Source of the DNA: Polyangia bacterium
Lineage (GTDB): Bacteria; Myxococcota_A; Polyangia; Palsa-1104; JAEUJZ01
Direction of reading: 5' to 3'
Length of the DNA stretch: 64,000 nt
Assembly (NCBI GenBank): GCA_046351595.1
Contig: JAXLYE010000002.1
Coordinates: 1,368,022-1,432,021 of the forward strand
The translations under genes were made by a program, and so were the position numbers. A model generated the notes under the pieces. The model searched no databases. It saw only the letters and a program-made list of their open reading frames with translations, and was not told where the DNA came from. Shown one piece after another: positions 9,004-18,892 of the stretch. Within the stretch, counting starts at the first letter, position 1; each line of letters starts with the position of its first letter.

Positions 9004-10274
9004 ACCGCGGCCGCCTGATCGCCGTCGCCGCGCTGTCGGTCGCCGGGGCCGGGGTGGCGACGTACCTGACCTCGATCCACGTCCGTCACCTCAGCACCGG
9101 CGCCGCGAGCTCGTGCAACTTCGGCGGCGCCTTCAACTGCGACGTCGTCAACACCAGCCCCTGGTCCGAGCTCGCGGGCGTGCCGGTCTCGCACCTCGGG
9201 CTGCTCGTGTACCTGCTCGCGCTGCTGCTCGCCGTCGTCGGGCTGCGCAAGGAGGCGCTGCGGCCGCGGCTGCACCTCCTGCTGGCGCTGCTCGCGGCGG
9301 GCGCGGTCGCGGTGTCGCTCGGGCTGGCCTACGTGTCGCTGTTCGTGCTCAAGGCGATCTGCGTGTTCTGCACGACGCTGTACGCGATCAACCTCGGGCT
9401 GCTCGGGGTGACGCTGCCGGGGCTGTTGGCGTCGCTGCGGGCGGCGCGCGGGGCGCGGACCGAGCCGCCGGGCGCCGCTGCGCCGTCGCCCGAGTCGTCG
9501 GGCTCGATCCTGAAGGTGCTCGGCGACGCGGCGATCGCCGGGCCGCTCATCGGCCTGGTCTGCGGCTTCGGCTTCTCGGCCGCCTACCTCCTGCGCACCC
9601 TCGGCGAGGTGCGGGCCAAAGCGGCGGCGCGCAAGGAGCTGGTCGCGCCGATCGACGCGCCGCGCGTGGACCTGGTCACTCCGACGGCGCCGAGCCACGG
9701 CCCGACCAACGCGCCGCTGACCATCGTCGAGGTCAGCGACTTCGAGTGCCCGTTCTGCCGCCGCACCGCCGCGACGCTCAAGGAGCTGCAGGCGCTGTAC
9801 CCGGGCCAGATCCGCGTCGTGTTCCGGCACTTCCCGCTCGATCAGGCCTGCAACCCGCTGCTCACCCGGCCGCTGCACGAGAACGCCTGTGAGGCCGCGC
9901 GCGCCGCGGTCTGCGCCGCCCAGCGCGACCCCGAGCGCTTCTTCGCGCTCGCCGACAAGCTCTTTGCCGGCGACGCCGCCGACTTCTCGAGCGAGGCCAT
10001 CACCCAGGCCGTCGCCGCCGTCGGGCTGGCGTCGCCGGAGTTTGACGCCTGCCAGAAGGGCCAGGCCGCGGCCGACGCGGTGGCGCGCGACATCCGCGAG
10101 TGCAGCGCCGCCGGCGTGCGCGCGGTGCCGGTGCTGTTCGTAAACGGCCGGGCCGTGCGCGGCGCCCTGCCGCTCGCCACCTACCAAGAGGTCCTCGACG
10201 AGGAGCTGCGCCGTGCTGGTGCGGCTCCCGCTCCCGCCGCCGCTCCCGCCGCCGGGCCCGGCCACGCCCCCTAG
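9000..10274 (+). CDS. VKOR (vitamin K epoxide reductase-like) membrane domain fused to a DsbA/thioredoxin-like domain
   Basis: The GTG start overlaps the upstream TGA (GTGA), indicating translational coupling. TM region with loop cysteines (SSCNFGGAFNC) and the VKOR active site KAICVFCTTLY. The C-terminal Trx-fold has a CPFC motif (VSDFECPFCRR). Confidence 0.7.
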   Translation: MNRGRLIAVAALSVAGAGVATYLTSIHVRHLSTGAASSCNFGGAFNCDVVNTSPWSELAGVPVSHLGLLVYLLALLLAVVGLRKEALRPRLHLLLALLAAGAVAVSLGLAYVSLFVLKAICVFCTTLYAINLGLLGVTLPGLLASLRAARGARTEPPGAAAPSPESSGSILKVLGDAAIAGPLIGLVCGFGFSAAYLLRTLGEVRAKAAARKELVAPIDAPRVDLVTPTAPSHGPTNAPLTIVEVSDFECPFCRRTAATLKELQALYPGQIRVVFRHFPLDQACNPLLTRPLHENACEAARAAVCAAQRDPERFFALADKLFAGDAADFSSEAITQAVAAVGLASPEFDACQKGQAAADAVARDIRECSAAGVRAVPVLFVNGRAVRGALPLATYQEVLDEELRRAGAAPAPAAAPAAGPGHAP

Positions 10275-10412
10275 CGGGCCGCCCGAGCGCCCGAGCGCCC
10301 GAGCGCCCGAGACGCAGGCGACCGCCGAAACTGCGGAAGCTGTTCCCGCGCGCCGGCTCGCTCTGGTAGCCTGAGTCCTAAGCTAAGCCAGGCATATCCA
10401 AGGTCGCCCACG

Positions 10413-12269
10413 ATGTCACAGGAGCAAAACGAGGCGGAGAAGCTCGTCGGCAAGGTGCTGGCCAACACCTACCGGCTGGAGCAGCTCCTGGTCTCGGGAG
10501 GGATGGGCGCCGTCTTCCGCGCCCGGCACATCCGCACCGGCGGCGTCTGCGCCATCAAAGTGCTGCACTCGCGCTCGGCCCAGAACGCCGACATCTTCGA
10601 GCGCTTCCAGGACGAGGCGCGCATCATCTCGGGCCTGCGCCACCCCAACATCGTGCAGGTCACGGACCTGGACCAGGACGCAAGCGGCCTGTCCTTCATC
10701 GTGATGGAGCTGCTCGAGGGCGAGGACCTGCAGGACCGCCTCGAGCGCGAGGGCAAGCAGCCGCTCAACAAGGCGCTGGAGATCACGCGGCAGATCGGCT
10801 CGGCGCTGCACGCCGCGCACTGCAAGGGCGTCATCCACCGCGACCTCAAGCCGCGCAACATCTTCCTCGCCCGCTACGAGGTCAACGGCGAGATGGTCGA
10901 GGTGGCCAAGGTCATCGACTTCGGCGTCTCGAAGATCCCGCGGCCCTCGGATCGGGCGACGCGCGATCTCCTGGTGCTGGGCACGCCGCGCTACATGGCG
11001 CCCGAGGGCGCGATGGGCCAGAACTCGCAGATCGACGGGCGCTCGGATCAGTGGTCGGTGGCGGTGATCCTGTACCGGCTGCTCTCGGGCCGGCTGCCCT
11101 TCGACCAGGAGAACGTGATCGACCTGTTCAAGCAGGTGATCAACGACGAGCCGACGCCGATCGAGCAGCTTTCGCCCGGGCTGCCGCGGCACATCGCCGA
11201 CGCCATCAAGCGGGCGATGCGCAAGAAGAAGGAAGACCGCTTCCCGACGATGCTGGACTTCCTCGAGGCGCTCGAGCCGCCGAACAAGCGCAAGCGCCGG
11301 CCGCAGTCGCAGAGCGCGATGCCGGCGGGCGCGGCGCGGCGCATGCTGCGGCGGAACCTCCTGTTCGCGGGCCTCGGCGCGGTCATGAGCCTGGCGGTGC
11401 TGATCCCGCTGTGGCGGCACCAGGCGAAGCTCAAGCGGACGAGCGGGCAGGGCTCGGAGCTGTTGTCGCAGGCCGATCTCGACCTGGCCGAGGAGCGCTG
11501 GGACGACGCGGCGATGCGCGCCGAGCGCGTGCTGAACATGCCCGGGCAGCCGCCGGCGATGCGCCAGGCCGCCGAGGTGACCAAGCGCCGCGCCGAGAGC
11601 GGGCGGCAGGCGCAGGGCGTCACCAAGAAGCTCATCGACGCGCTTCTGGCCAAGGACCTTGACACCGCGGTCGGCATCAACCGCGACATGCCGCCCAACA
11701 TCAGCGTGCGCGTGACCGCGCAGCAGCTCTACGACCTGCTCCTGCCGGCGATGGTCGGCGACCACCTGCAGAAGGCCGAGGCAGCGCGCGCGCTGGGCAA
11801 CTGCCCCGAGGTCCAGCGCCACGTCAACCAGGTGCTGCGCCTCTCGCCCGCGGACCTCGACGCGCTGCAGTCGCGCTGGCGGCCCTGCGTCTCGTACAAG
11901 GACGTCAAGGCACCGGGGCCGCGCCGCCTCGCCGGGTACCCGCCGGCGCGCGACGCGGACGGCACCTCGCTCGACCTGCCGGGCGACTACCTCGGCGGCC
12001 GCAGCACGCTGGCCGACGTCGATCGGCTGCTGCGCGAGGCGCAGATCGCGCACGAGGCCGGCCAGTACTGGCGCGCCGCGACGCTGGCCCACGCCGCCGT
12101 CGGCACGCCGCTGCGCGCCCCGACGGCCTGGCGCATCATCGGCATCTCCGCCTGCAACCTGCGCGACCGGGCGCTGCTCGCCATCGCCGGTGAGCACCTC
12201 GACGAGCTGTCGCGCGAGTTCGTCCGCGCCGGCTGCCAGACCGCGGGCTTCCCGGCGACCGGGCTGTGA
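10413..12269 (+). CDS. Ser/Thr protein kinase (Hanks-type) with C-terminal TM segment and extracytoplasmic region
   Basis: Gly-loop GGMGAVF, catalytic Lys in AIKVL, HRDLKPRNIFL, DFGVSK and APE motifs. A TM helix LLFAGLGAVMSLAVLIPLW follows the kinase domain. Confidence 0.85.
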   Translation: MSQEQNEAEKLVGKVLANTYRLEQLLVSGGMGAVFRARHIRTGGVCAIKVLHSRSAQNADIFERFQDEARIISGLRHPNIVQVTDLDQDASGLSFIVMELLEGEDLQDRLEREGKQPLNKALEITRQIGSALHAAHCKGVIHRDLKPRNIFLARYEVNGEMVEVAKVIDFGVSKIPRPSDRATRDLLVLGTPRYMAPEGAMGQNSQIDGRSDQWSVAVILYRLLSGRLPFDQENVIDLFKQVINDEPTPIEQLSPGLPRHIADAIKRAMRKKKEDRFPTMLDFLEALEPPNKRKRRPQSQSAMPAGAARRMLRRNLLFAGLGAVMSLAVLIPLWRHQAKLKRTSGQGSELLSQADLDLAEERWDDAAMRAERVLNMPGQPPAMRQAAEVTKRRAESGRQAQGVTKKLIDALLAKDLDTAVGINRDMPPNISVRVTAQQLYDLLLPAMVGDHLQKAEAARALGNCPEVQRHVNQVLRLSPADLDALQSRWRPCVSYKDVKAPGPRRLAGYPPARDADGTSLDLPGDYLGGRSTLADVDRLLREAQIAHEAGQYWRAATLAHAAVGTPLRAPTAWRIIGISACNLRDRALLAIAGEHLDELSREFVRAGCQTAGFPATGL

Positions 12270-12322
12270 GCCCGCCCTCGATCGCCAAAGCTCCCTGACC
12301 GATCGCGACGGGCTGCGAGCGC

Positions 12323-14440
12323 TCAGCGCGAGATCAGCAGCACGCGCGGCCCCTGCGTATCGACCGGCGGCTCCTCGATGTCCAGCGTCGTCAAAAGGAC
12401 CGAGCCGATGGCCTCGGTGCGCGGGTCCTTGGCCTCGGGCGGCGGCGGCGCCGGCTCGCGGTGCTTGCCGTCCTTGGGGTGGCGCGGCGGCGGCTTGACC
12501 GGCGCCGGCTCGGGCGGCGGCGCCAGCTCGCGCAGCGCCTCGTCGCGCAGCTCCTCGGGGATCAGGCACGAGAACAGCTCGCCCGGGCGCAGCGCCTGCT
12601 TCAGCTCGCGCACCGAGCCGTACTCCTCGATCTTCTGACCCGAGTACAGCGACGGCACCTGCCGCGGCAGCGCGACGGTGCAGCGCCGGGCGCGCTGCGG
12701 CGCGTGGCGCAGCGACTGCGTCAGCGTCTTGATCGTGTCGTTCTTGTGCAGCACCGGCGCGCCCTCGACGGTCGCCACTACCACGCCGGCCAGCGCGCAG
12801 GCGGTGATGAGGCCGCCCAGGCCGCCGAGCCAGCGCACCGGCGACTGCAGCCCGACGGCCGCGCACAGCGCCAGCGGCGGCAGCACCAGCCCGAGCCCGC
12901 GCGGCGGCACGCTGCCGTCGCCCAGCGAGGTGATCGCGGTCGCCACCACGATCCACACCAGCAGCGGCCGCGACGCCCGCCGCAGCGACCCGAGCAGCAG
13001 GCCGAAGCCCGTCGTCACCACCACCACCTGACCGACGTGCCGGCCGAACCAGGTGTCGCCCTGGTGCCAGACCGCGAAGAAGGTCGCCTTGAGCGCCTCG
13101 AGCTGCGGCCAGTGCAGGTAGTTGCGTAGCGGCACCGGCTGCACGAACGTCGCCGCCGCGGTCAGCAACAGGCCGCCGAGCAGCATCATCCACACCCGCC
13201 GCTTGCGCAGCAGGTAGCGGTGCGAGATCGCCATGTCGACGAGCGCGAACATGATGGCGACGAAGCCGGCGCGCGGGTCGTAAAGGGCCGCGACACCGAT
13301 GCCCAGCGTCGCGAACAGCATCGGCAGCTTGCGCAGCGGCAGCGGCGCCGGCTCGTCGGCCTCGCGCTGGAAGGGCAGGATGTGGCGATCGAACTTGTGG
13401 CCGTGCAGGCTGTGGCTGACCAGCGCCACCGCCGCGGTCGCGGCAAAGGCGATCAGCATGTCCGGCAGCACGCGGTGCGACAGCTGGTAGGTCAGCGGCA
13501 TCGCCAGCAGCACCAGCCCGGCCAGTCCGCCGGCGTGGCGACCGACGCCGACGTCGATGGCGATGGCCAAAAGGCAGCTCGCGGCCCCGAGCGCGGCCAG
13601 CGCCGGCAGGAGGCGCAGCGTCCACTCGCTCGGCTCGAGCAGCCGCAGCAGCACCATGAACGACGCCAGCCCGAGCGGCGCGCCCGTCGGCGGCGGCACC
13701 AGGTGCGCGGCCTGCTCGAGGCGCAGCTCGCCGCTGGCCGTGGCCCGCAGCGCCAGCGCCACCTCGGCGTCGATGTTCCACAGGCTGCCGGCGCCGAGGT
13801 CGAGCAGGTACAGGATGATCGGCAAGAGCAGGGCCACGGCCCAGCCGAGCACCAGCCCGGTCGGCGCCTGCAGCGCCTCGACCACCTGCTGCGCGGCGCC
13901 GATCGGATCGCGCAGCGCGTCGACGGTGACGTTGGCGGCCTTGCCCAGCACCTCGGTGCCGCGCTCCAGGCCCTCCTCGATCTTCTCGGGGATCTTGCCC
14001 GGCAGCTCGGCGAGCTGCGCCAGGCGGCCCTTGCGGCGGAACCACGACCGCTTCCCCGAGCGCGGCGGTGCAGCCGGGGGCGGTGCCGCAGGCGCAGCCG
14101 GAGCATTGCCCGGGCTGGCCGAGCTGGCCGAACTGCCCGAGCGGGGAGGTGAGGCGGCGCTGGGCGCGGCGGCCGTCGGATCGGTTGCGGATCGCGGGCC
14201 GGGCCGGTCGCCAGGCGCGTCGCTGCGCGGCGGGTCGCTGCCCAGACCGGGACCCGGCCCAGGACCCGGACCGGGATCCGCGGGCCGCTTGTCGCTGCGC
14301 GGCGGGCTGTTTGCCGACGGGGCGACGCCGCTCGCCGGGACGCGGAAGGGCGCCAGCGCCGGCAGCCACGGGTTGCTGCTGGCTGGCACCGGCGGCTTGG
14401 GCGGGCGCTTCCCGCGCCCTGACCGCGGCGGCCGACTCAT
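12323..14440 (-). CDS. Polytopic membrane protein with Pro/Ser-rich disordered N-terminal tail; possible GT-C/PMT-like glycosyltransferase
   Basis: Real start inferred at ATG (complement of 14438-14440, MSRPPRSG...) inside the 985-aa track ORF. About 140 aa of PPRS/PGPG low-complexity sequence is followed by more than 10 hydrophobic helices. The opposite-strand ORFs here are Arg-rich shadows. Confidence 0.55.
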   Translation of the reverse strand: MSRPPRSGRGKRPPKPPVPASSNPWLPALAPFRVPASGVAPSANSPPRSDKRPADPGPGPGPGPGLGSDPPRSDAPGDRPGPRSATDPTAAAPSAASPPRSGSSASSASPGNAPAAPAAPPPAAPPRSGKRSWFRRKGRLAQLAELPGKIPEKIEEGLERGTEVLGKAANVTVDALRDPIGAAQQVVEALQAPTGLVLGWAVALLLPIILYLLDLGAGSLWNIDAEVALALRATASGELRLEQAAHLVPPPTGAPLGLASFMVLLRLLEPSEWTLRLLPALAALGAASCLLAIAIDVGVGRHAGGLAGLVLLAMPLTYQLSHRVLPDMLIAFAATAAVALVSHSLHGHKFDRHILPFQREADEPAPLPLRKLPMLFATLGIGVAALYDPRAGFVAIMFALVDMAISHRYLLRKRRVWMMLLGGLLLTAAATFVQPVPLRNYLHWPQLEALKATFFAVWHQGDTWFGRHVGQVVVVTTGFGLLLGSLRRASRPLLVWIVVATAITSLGDGSVPPRGLGLVLPPLALCAAVGLQSPVRWLGGLGGLITACALAGVVVATVEGAPVLHKNDTIKTLTQSLRHAPQRARRCTVALPRQVPSLYSGQKIEEYGSVRELKQALRPGELFSCLIPEELRDEALRELAPPPEPAPVKPPPRHPKDGKHREPAPPPPEAKDPRTEAIGSVLLTTLDIEEPPVDTQGPRVLLISR

Positions 14441-15059
14441 GCCGCTTGCACCCTGCCGAGCTGTCGCATCGCAACGACGGTAGATTGCGAGGGCCCCGGC
14501 TTCAAGCGGGAACACCCGCGGCCTGAGCCAGAGCGCGCCGATAGGCCCTGGTGGCCGGCGCCGCGACGCGCTGGAGGCGGGACCGCGGCCCCGCGCCGAT
14601 TCCGGCCCGGCGCGGGGCTTCGGCAGATTGAGCGCGCCGCTGCGGCTTCCTGCCGTCGTGGCACCGGCTGCGCCGACCCGGTCGCGGAGGAGATGGAGCA
14701 GCGGCCCGCGCAGCTCGTCCGGCCGCCCTTGCCCACGAAGCCCCGGCACTCGCTGCAAGATCCGCCAGCGGACCGCTGTCGCAGGTCGGTAAAAGTACGC
14801 CTCCGCCGTCGCGCCGTCGCTGCGAAGTCGCCTCGCGCGCGGACACCCCAGCGACGGCGGGCCGCGGTAATATGAGATCACCCCGGGTGTATGCAGGCTC
14901 ATGGGCCGTCGGGGTTGGGGCCAAGCACATGCAGGCGCAGTCGCCGCACAGCCACAACGGCTTGCCCACGAACGACGGTACGCACCGTCGGGCGCGCCCA
15001 CCGGTCTGCCCGCGCGGCCGGCGGGCGGTGGCGTGCGGCCGCAGCGTCGGGGGGCCGCG

Positions 15060-16223
15060 ATGAGCGCCTCGGCGCGCTCGCAGCTCGCCCTGGCCGTCGA
15101 CCTGCGCGACGCCAGCGTGCTCCTGGTCGACGACACGCCCGAGCAGTCCGAGGAGCTTTTGATCACGCTCACCGAGGCCGGCTTCAAGGTGATGACCGCC
15201 TCGAGCGGCCCGCAGGCCAAGCAGAAGCTGATGCAGGCCGGCGCCGATCTGGTGCTGCTCGATCTCAAGGGCGCGGACATGGACAGCTACGAGCTGTGCC
15301 GCCAGCTCAAGGCGCCGCCGCCGCTGCGCTCGGTGCCGGTGGTCTTCCTGTCCGCGCCGAGCGGCGACGACGTCGACGGGCGGGTACGCGCGTTCCGGGC
15401 CGGCGCCGCCGACTACCTGGCGCGCGAGGCCGACTTCGCCGAGCTGCTGGTGCGCCTGGAGCACCACATCCGCCTCGGCCGCAAGGTGCGCGAGCTGGAG
15501 CGCGAGCGCGTCGAGCTCTTGCGCGAGAACCGCGACCTGAAGAAGGAGAAGCAGACCGCGCCGCCGCCGATCCTGACCAACCTGGCCGACCTGCCGACGG
15601 GCTACCTGCTCGACGGCAAGTACCGGCTGGACACGCGCATCGGCGCGGGCGGCTTCGGCGTCGTCTACCGCGCCCTGCACCTGTCCCTGCAGCGCGCGGT
15701 GGCGGTGAAGCTGTTCCGGTCCATGGCCAACGGCTCCACCGACGACGCGCTGCGCCGCTTCCGGCACGAGGGCACCTCTGCCAGCCGCCTCAGCCACCCC
15801 AACGCCGTGACCATGCTCGACTCGGGCGTGGCGCCGGGCGGCATCCCGTACCTGGCGATGGAGCTCCTGGTCGGGCGCACGCTCGCCGAGGAGCTCAAGG
15901 ACAAGCAGCGCCTGGGCTTCGCCCGCTGCCTGCAGATCATCCTGCCGGTGTGCGACGTGCTCGTCGAGGCGCACGCCGCCGGCATCGTGCACCGCGACAT
16001 CAAACCCGAGAACGTGTTCCTGCACCGGACGCGCTCGGGCGAGGTGATCAAGGTGCTGGACTTCGGCATCGCCAAGCTCGTCGGCGAGGGCGAGGGCATC
16101 CCGGCGGTCACCGGCGCCGGCGGCTTCATCGGCACGCCGACCTACATGGCCCCCGAGCGCCTGCGCCAGGGCAGCTACGACGGCCGCTCGGACGTGTACT
16201 CGGTCGGCGTGGTTCTGTACCAG
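15060..16223 (+). pseudogene. 5' fragment of a response-regulator receiver-Ser/Thr kinase gene (receiver domain plus kinase subdomains I-IX), interrupted after ...DVYSVGVVLYQ
   Basis: ATG 15060. The receiver domain is VLLVDDTPEQSEELL...VLLDLKGADMDSYELCRQLK. The kinase region carries GAGGFGVVY, VAVKL, HRDIKPENVFL, DFGIAK and GTPTYMAPE. Beyond 16223 the frame runs into non-kinase low-complexity sequence up to a stop at 16403, antisense to the LmbE gene end. Confidence 0.75.
16206..16223 (+). repeat. 18-bp direct repeat GGCGTGGTTCTGTACCAG, left copy, at the upstream junction of the insertion
   Basis: Identical 18-mer found again at 18875-18892. It encodes G-V-V-L-Y-Q in frame in both kinase fragments. 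Confidence 0.9.
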
Positions 16224-16330
16224 GCTTTGCGCCGCGCCGGTGCCGTCGACGAGTCCGGCGGGCGGGGCGGCGGGGAAGCGGCGGGGAAGGGCGCGGTGCC
16301 GGCGGCCGGCACGTCTGCGCTCGGGCGCGC

Positions 16331-17200
16331 TCAGCCCAGCTCGGGGGCCGCGGGCGGCGCGCCGCCGAGTTCCTGCCCGAGATCCTGGAAGATCTCGGCG
16401 TAGTTCTGGAAGTGCCCGGGTCCGGTGCGCAGCGCGTAGAAGGACTCGGCGAGCTCGATGCCGGGCGCCAGGCGGGCCATGCCCTGGGCCATGCCCTGCA
16501 AGAACGCGCGCGCGCCGCCCTCGAGCTGGGCGCGCTGCTCCGCGGTCAGGCAGCGCGGGTCGGCGCCGGGCACGAACCAGTCCGCGAGCATCTCGATCTG
16601 CGAGGAGTGGCAGAGCAGCGACGCGACCTTCTTGTCGAAGGTCGGCCCGATGTCGATGACACGGTTGGGCCGCCTCTCGACGGGGCCCATGTACCAGACC
16701 TCGGTCGGCTGCGTCGCCTCGAGGTTCTCGCTGCCTTCGCGCAGGTGCTCCTCGTGCAAGAGCGGGAAGCACGAGAACACCGCGGCCTCGGAGGCCATGC
16801 GCCCGACCGCGATGTGATCGGGGTGGATCTCGTGCGTGCGGAACGGGTCGAAGGTGACGACGCGGTGGAGGCGCAGGCGGCGGAACCAGTAGACCAGGCG
16901 CTCGCGCAGCTCGAGCGCGTGCTCGCGCACACCGCCGTCGGGCAGGCCGAGCACGATCGGCGGCTCGGCGCCCAGGAGTGACAGCGCCGCCCCGAGCTCG
17001 CGCTCGCGCGTGGCGGCGAGGGCGGCGCGATCGACGCCGCGGTGGCGGGTGCCGAGGTCACCCCGGGTGGCGCAGATCGCGTAGACCTTGTGGCCGGCGG
17101 CGACCCACTTGGCCAGCGTGCCGGCCGCGAAGAACTCGCCGTCGTCGGGGTGGGCGTACACGAAGGCGATGTTCAGGGGCTCAGCGGGTGCTGACGGCAT
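16331..17200 (-). CDS. LmbE/PIG-L family N-acetylglucosaminyl deacetylase
   Basis: N-terminal NIAFVYAHPDDGEFFAAGTLAKW...ICATRGDLG is the PIG-L (LmbE-like) signature, with the HPDD metal-binding motif. Confidence 0.8.
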   Translation of the reverse strand: MPSAPAEPLNIAFVYAHPDDGEFFAAGTLAKWVAAGHKVYAICATRGDLGTRHRGVDRAALAATRERELGAALSLLGAEPPIVLGLPDGGVREHALELRERLVYWFRRLRLHRVVTFDPFRTHEIHPDHIAVGRMASEAAVFSCFPLLHEEHLREGSENLEATQPTEVWYMGPVERRPNRVIDIGPTFDKKVASLLCHSSQIEMLADWFVPGADPRCLTAEQRAQLEGGARAFLQGMAQGMARLAPGIELAESFYALRTGPGHFQNYAEIFQDLGQELGGAPPAAPELG

Positions 17201-17221
17201 GGCTCCTCCATCTGCATGCAG

Positions 17222-18142
17222 TTACGCATCCCATGGATCTTCAAACGTCCTGCGATAGACGTCGAGGGAGGGGACGAAGCGGATCAGGTGCTCGTCGAGG
17301 CCCTCGAGCTCGCCGACGACGTAGCCGAGCTCGCGGCGGCAGCGGTCGTGGAAGGTCGAGAGCGTGGGGCGCGACAGGTAGAACCCCTGGTGGAACAGCG
17401 GCGACTCGAAGCCCGTCACGATCAGGCCGCGCGGTCGGTCGAGGTCGAGCAGGATGCGGCCGGCGTTGCGCAGGTTGGTGGTGGTGTGGCGCGCGTAGGG
17501 CTCGACCAGGATCTGCGCCGCCGGCACGCCGCGCTCGATGAGGTACTCGCGCATGTGCAGCGCCTCGTTGTGCGGCGTGCCCGGCGGGTAGACGCAGCCG
17601 CCGGTCAGGAGCACGAGCGGCGCCGCGCCCTGCTGGAACAGCTCCGCCGCGCGCTCGAGGCGCTGCTGCGCCGGCGGCAGGTCGCGCACCTTGAGCGGCA
17701 CGCGGGCGTCGGGCGGCGTGTAGCCCGGCACGATGAGCGCGTCGTGGTCGCTGTCCTCGGGCACGGTCGCCTTCGCGAAGGCCAGCGCCGCGGCGTTGAG
17801 CTCGGCCTCGCCGAACGACGGCCGCGCCGCCGCGAGGTGCGGCAGCAGGTCCGCGAGCGCCTCACCGCCGCGCCGCAGCGCCGCCTGCAGGTGCTCGTAG
17901 TGACCGCCGCGGGCGAGGGCGTGGAACAGGGCGCCCAGCGCCCCGGCGGCGTGCGCCCGCTCGATGAGCGGCCCCGTCGCGACCGCGAGCAGCTGTGGCA
18001 GGGCGCCGCGCCGCCCGAGCTCCTCGACGACGCCGACCAGCAGACCGGGCTCCGTCGGCAGCAGCCGCGCGGGCGCCACCCTGGTCGGCCGGCGCAGCAC
18101 CTCGCAGAGCTCGTCCGCGTGCGGCATGACGTCGGCGGGCAC
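17222..18142 (-). CDS. DUF218 (YdcF/ElyC-like) domain protein
   Basis: C-terminal LVLLTGGCVYPPGTPHNEALHMREYLIERGVPAAQILVEPYARHTTTNLRNAG fits the DUF218 core. A 21-bp gap separates it from the LmbE gene downstream. Confidence 0.65.
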   Translation of the reverse strand: MPADVMPHADELCEVLRRPTRVAPARLLPTEPGLLVGVVEELGRRGALPQLLAVATGPLIERAHAAGALGALFHALARGGHYEHLQAALRRGGEALADLLPHLAAARPSFGEAELNAAALAFAKATVPEDSDHDALIVPGYTPPDARVPLKVRDLPPAQQRLERAAELFQQGAAPLVLLTGGCVYPPGTPHNEALHMREYLIERGVPAAQILVEPYARHTTTNLRNAGRILLDLDRPRGLIVTGFESPLFHQGFYLSRPTLSTFHDRCRRELGYVVGELEGLDEHLIRFVPSLDVYRRTFEDPWDA

Positions 18143-18178
18143 GGGCCGGTGCTCCGTGAAACCTGAGGGCGGCGGCGG

Positions 18179-18739
18179 CTACTTCTGGCGCAGCGTCCGC
18201 AGCGCGCCGCTCCAGGCGATGACCTGGTCGAGCAGCGTGTTCACGGACTTCTCGTGGTGCGCGCCGGGCTTGAAGACCGTGTAGTGCTCGAAGTCGCTGT
18301 GCAGCGACAGCGCGACCTGGGCGCGGACGTCCGCGACCTGCAGCTCGCCCATGATCAGGCGCAGCTGCTCGACGGCGCGCGTGCCGCCGGCGCTGCCGTA
18401 GCCGACGAAGCCGGCCGCCTTGTTGTTCCACTCGCGGTACAAAAAGTCGATCGCGTTCTTGAGCGCGCCCGAGGTCGAGTGGTTGTACTCGGGCGTGACG
18501 AAGACGTAGCCGTCGAACGAGCCGATCTTCTCGGCCCAGGCCTTGGTGTGCGGCTTGCTGTACTGGCCCATCGCCGGCGGCATCGGCTCGTCGAGCAGCG
18601 GCAGGTTGAAGTCCTGGATGTCGACGAGCTCGAACTCGGCGTCGCTGCGCTTCTGGGCGATGTCGTGGACCCAGCGGGCGACCGCCTCGGCCTTGCGACC
18701 CGGGCGCGTGCTTCCGATGATGATCGCGATCTTCAGCAT
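18179..18739 (-). CDS. NAD(P)H-dependent FMN reductase (flavodoxin-like fold)
   Basis: This is the real C-terminal 186 aa of the 1196-aa shadow track ORF: MLKIAIIIGSTRPGRKAEAVARWV...YVFVTPEYNHSTSGALKNAIDFL. The start may be off by ±1 nt because of my indexing. Confidence 0.8.
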   Translation of the reverse strand: MLKIAIIIGSTRPGRKAEAVARWVHDIAQKRSDAEFELVDIQDFNLPLLDEPMPPAMGQYSKPHTKAWAEKIGSFDGYVFVTPEYNHSTSGALKNAIDFLYREWNNKAAGFVGYGSAGGTRAVEQLRLIMGELQVADVRAQVALSLHSDFEHYTVFKPGAHHEKSVNTLLDQVIAWSGALRTLRQK

Positions 18740-18874
18740 GGCGATGACTCTCCTCAAAGACGGATGATCCCAGGTTACGCCGATTTCGTGCGGCCCGGGG
18801 AGGCGCTGCGCGCGGCCGGTGCCCGCGGCGACCGCAGCGACCCCGGGGAACGCCCGGCGCGACCTGTCGACGGC

Positions 18875-18892
18875 GGCGTGGTTCTGTACCAG
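18875..18892 (+). repeat. 18-bp direct repeat GGCGTGGTTCTGTACCAG, right copy, at the downstream junction of the insertion
   Basis: Identical to 16206-16223. The sequence immediately 5' of it is non-kinase; kinase homology resumes exactly at the repeat. Confidence 0.9.

Larger units (their letters stand above)
16224..18892. other. 2,669-bp insertion (one repeat copy included) carrying a three-gene minus-strand operon; no transposase, integrase or terminal inverted repeats recognised
   Basis: It is bounded by perfect 18-bp direct repeats. Deleting 16224-18892 joins the kinase fragments in frame (...DVYSVGVVLYQ|MLAGRPPFWSEKDSYLEIVLGHLS...) and regenerates canonical kinase subdomains IX-XI. Confidence 0.7.

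Noticed and set aside
10416-14474. 1352-aa minus-strand ORF spanning the kinase gene
   Set aside because: It is antisense to a kinase with all canonical motifs, and its translation is RRAG-type low complexity. The real minus-strand gene in the region is 12323-14440 in a different frame.
14502-16981. 756-aa minus and 696-aa plus ORFs overlapping the receiver-kinase fragment and LmbE gene
   Set aside because: Shadow frames. They have no motifs and extreme Arg/Ala/Gly content.
16224-18892. Calling the insertion a classical IS or transposon
   Set aside because: There is no transposase or integrase ORF in any frame, and no terminal inverted repeats. The 18-bp duplication is atypically long. I kept it as an unclassified insertion rather than a named mobile element.
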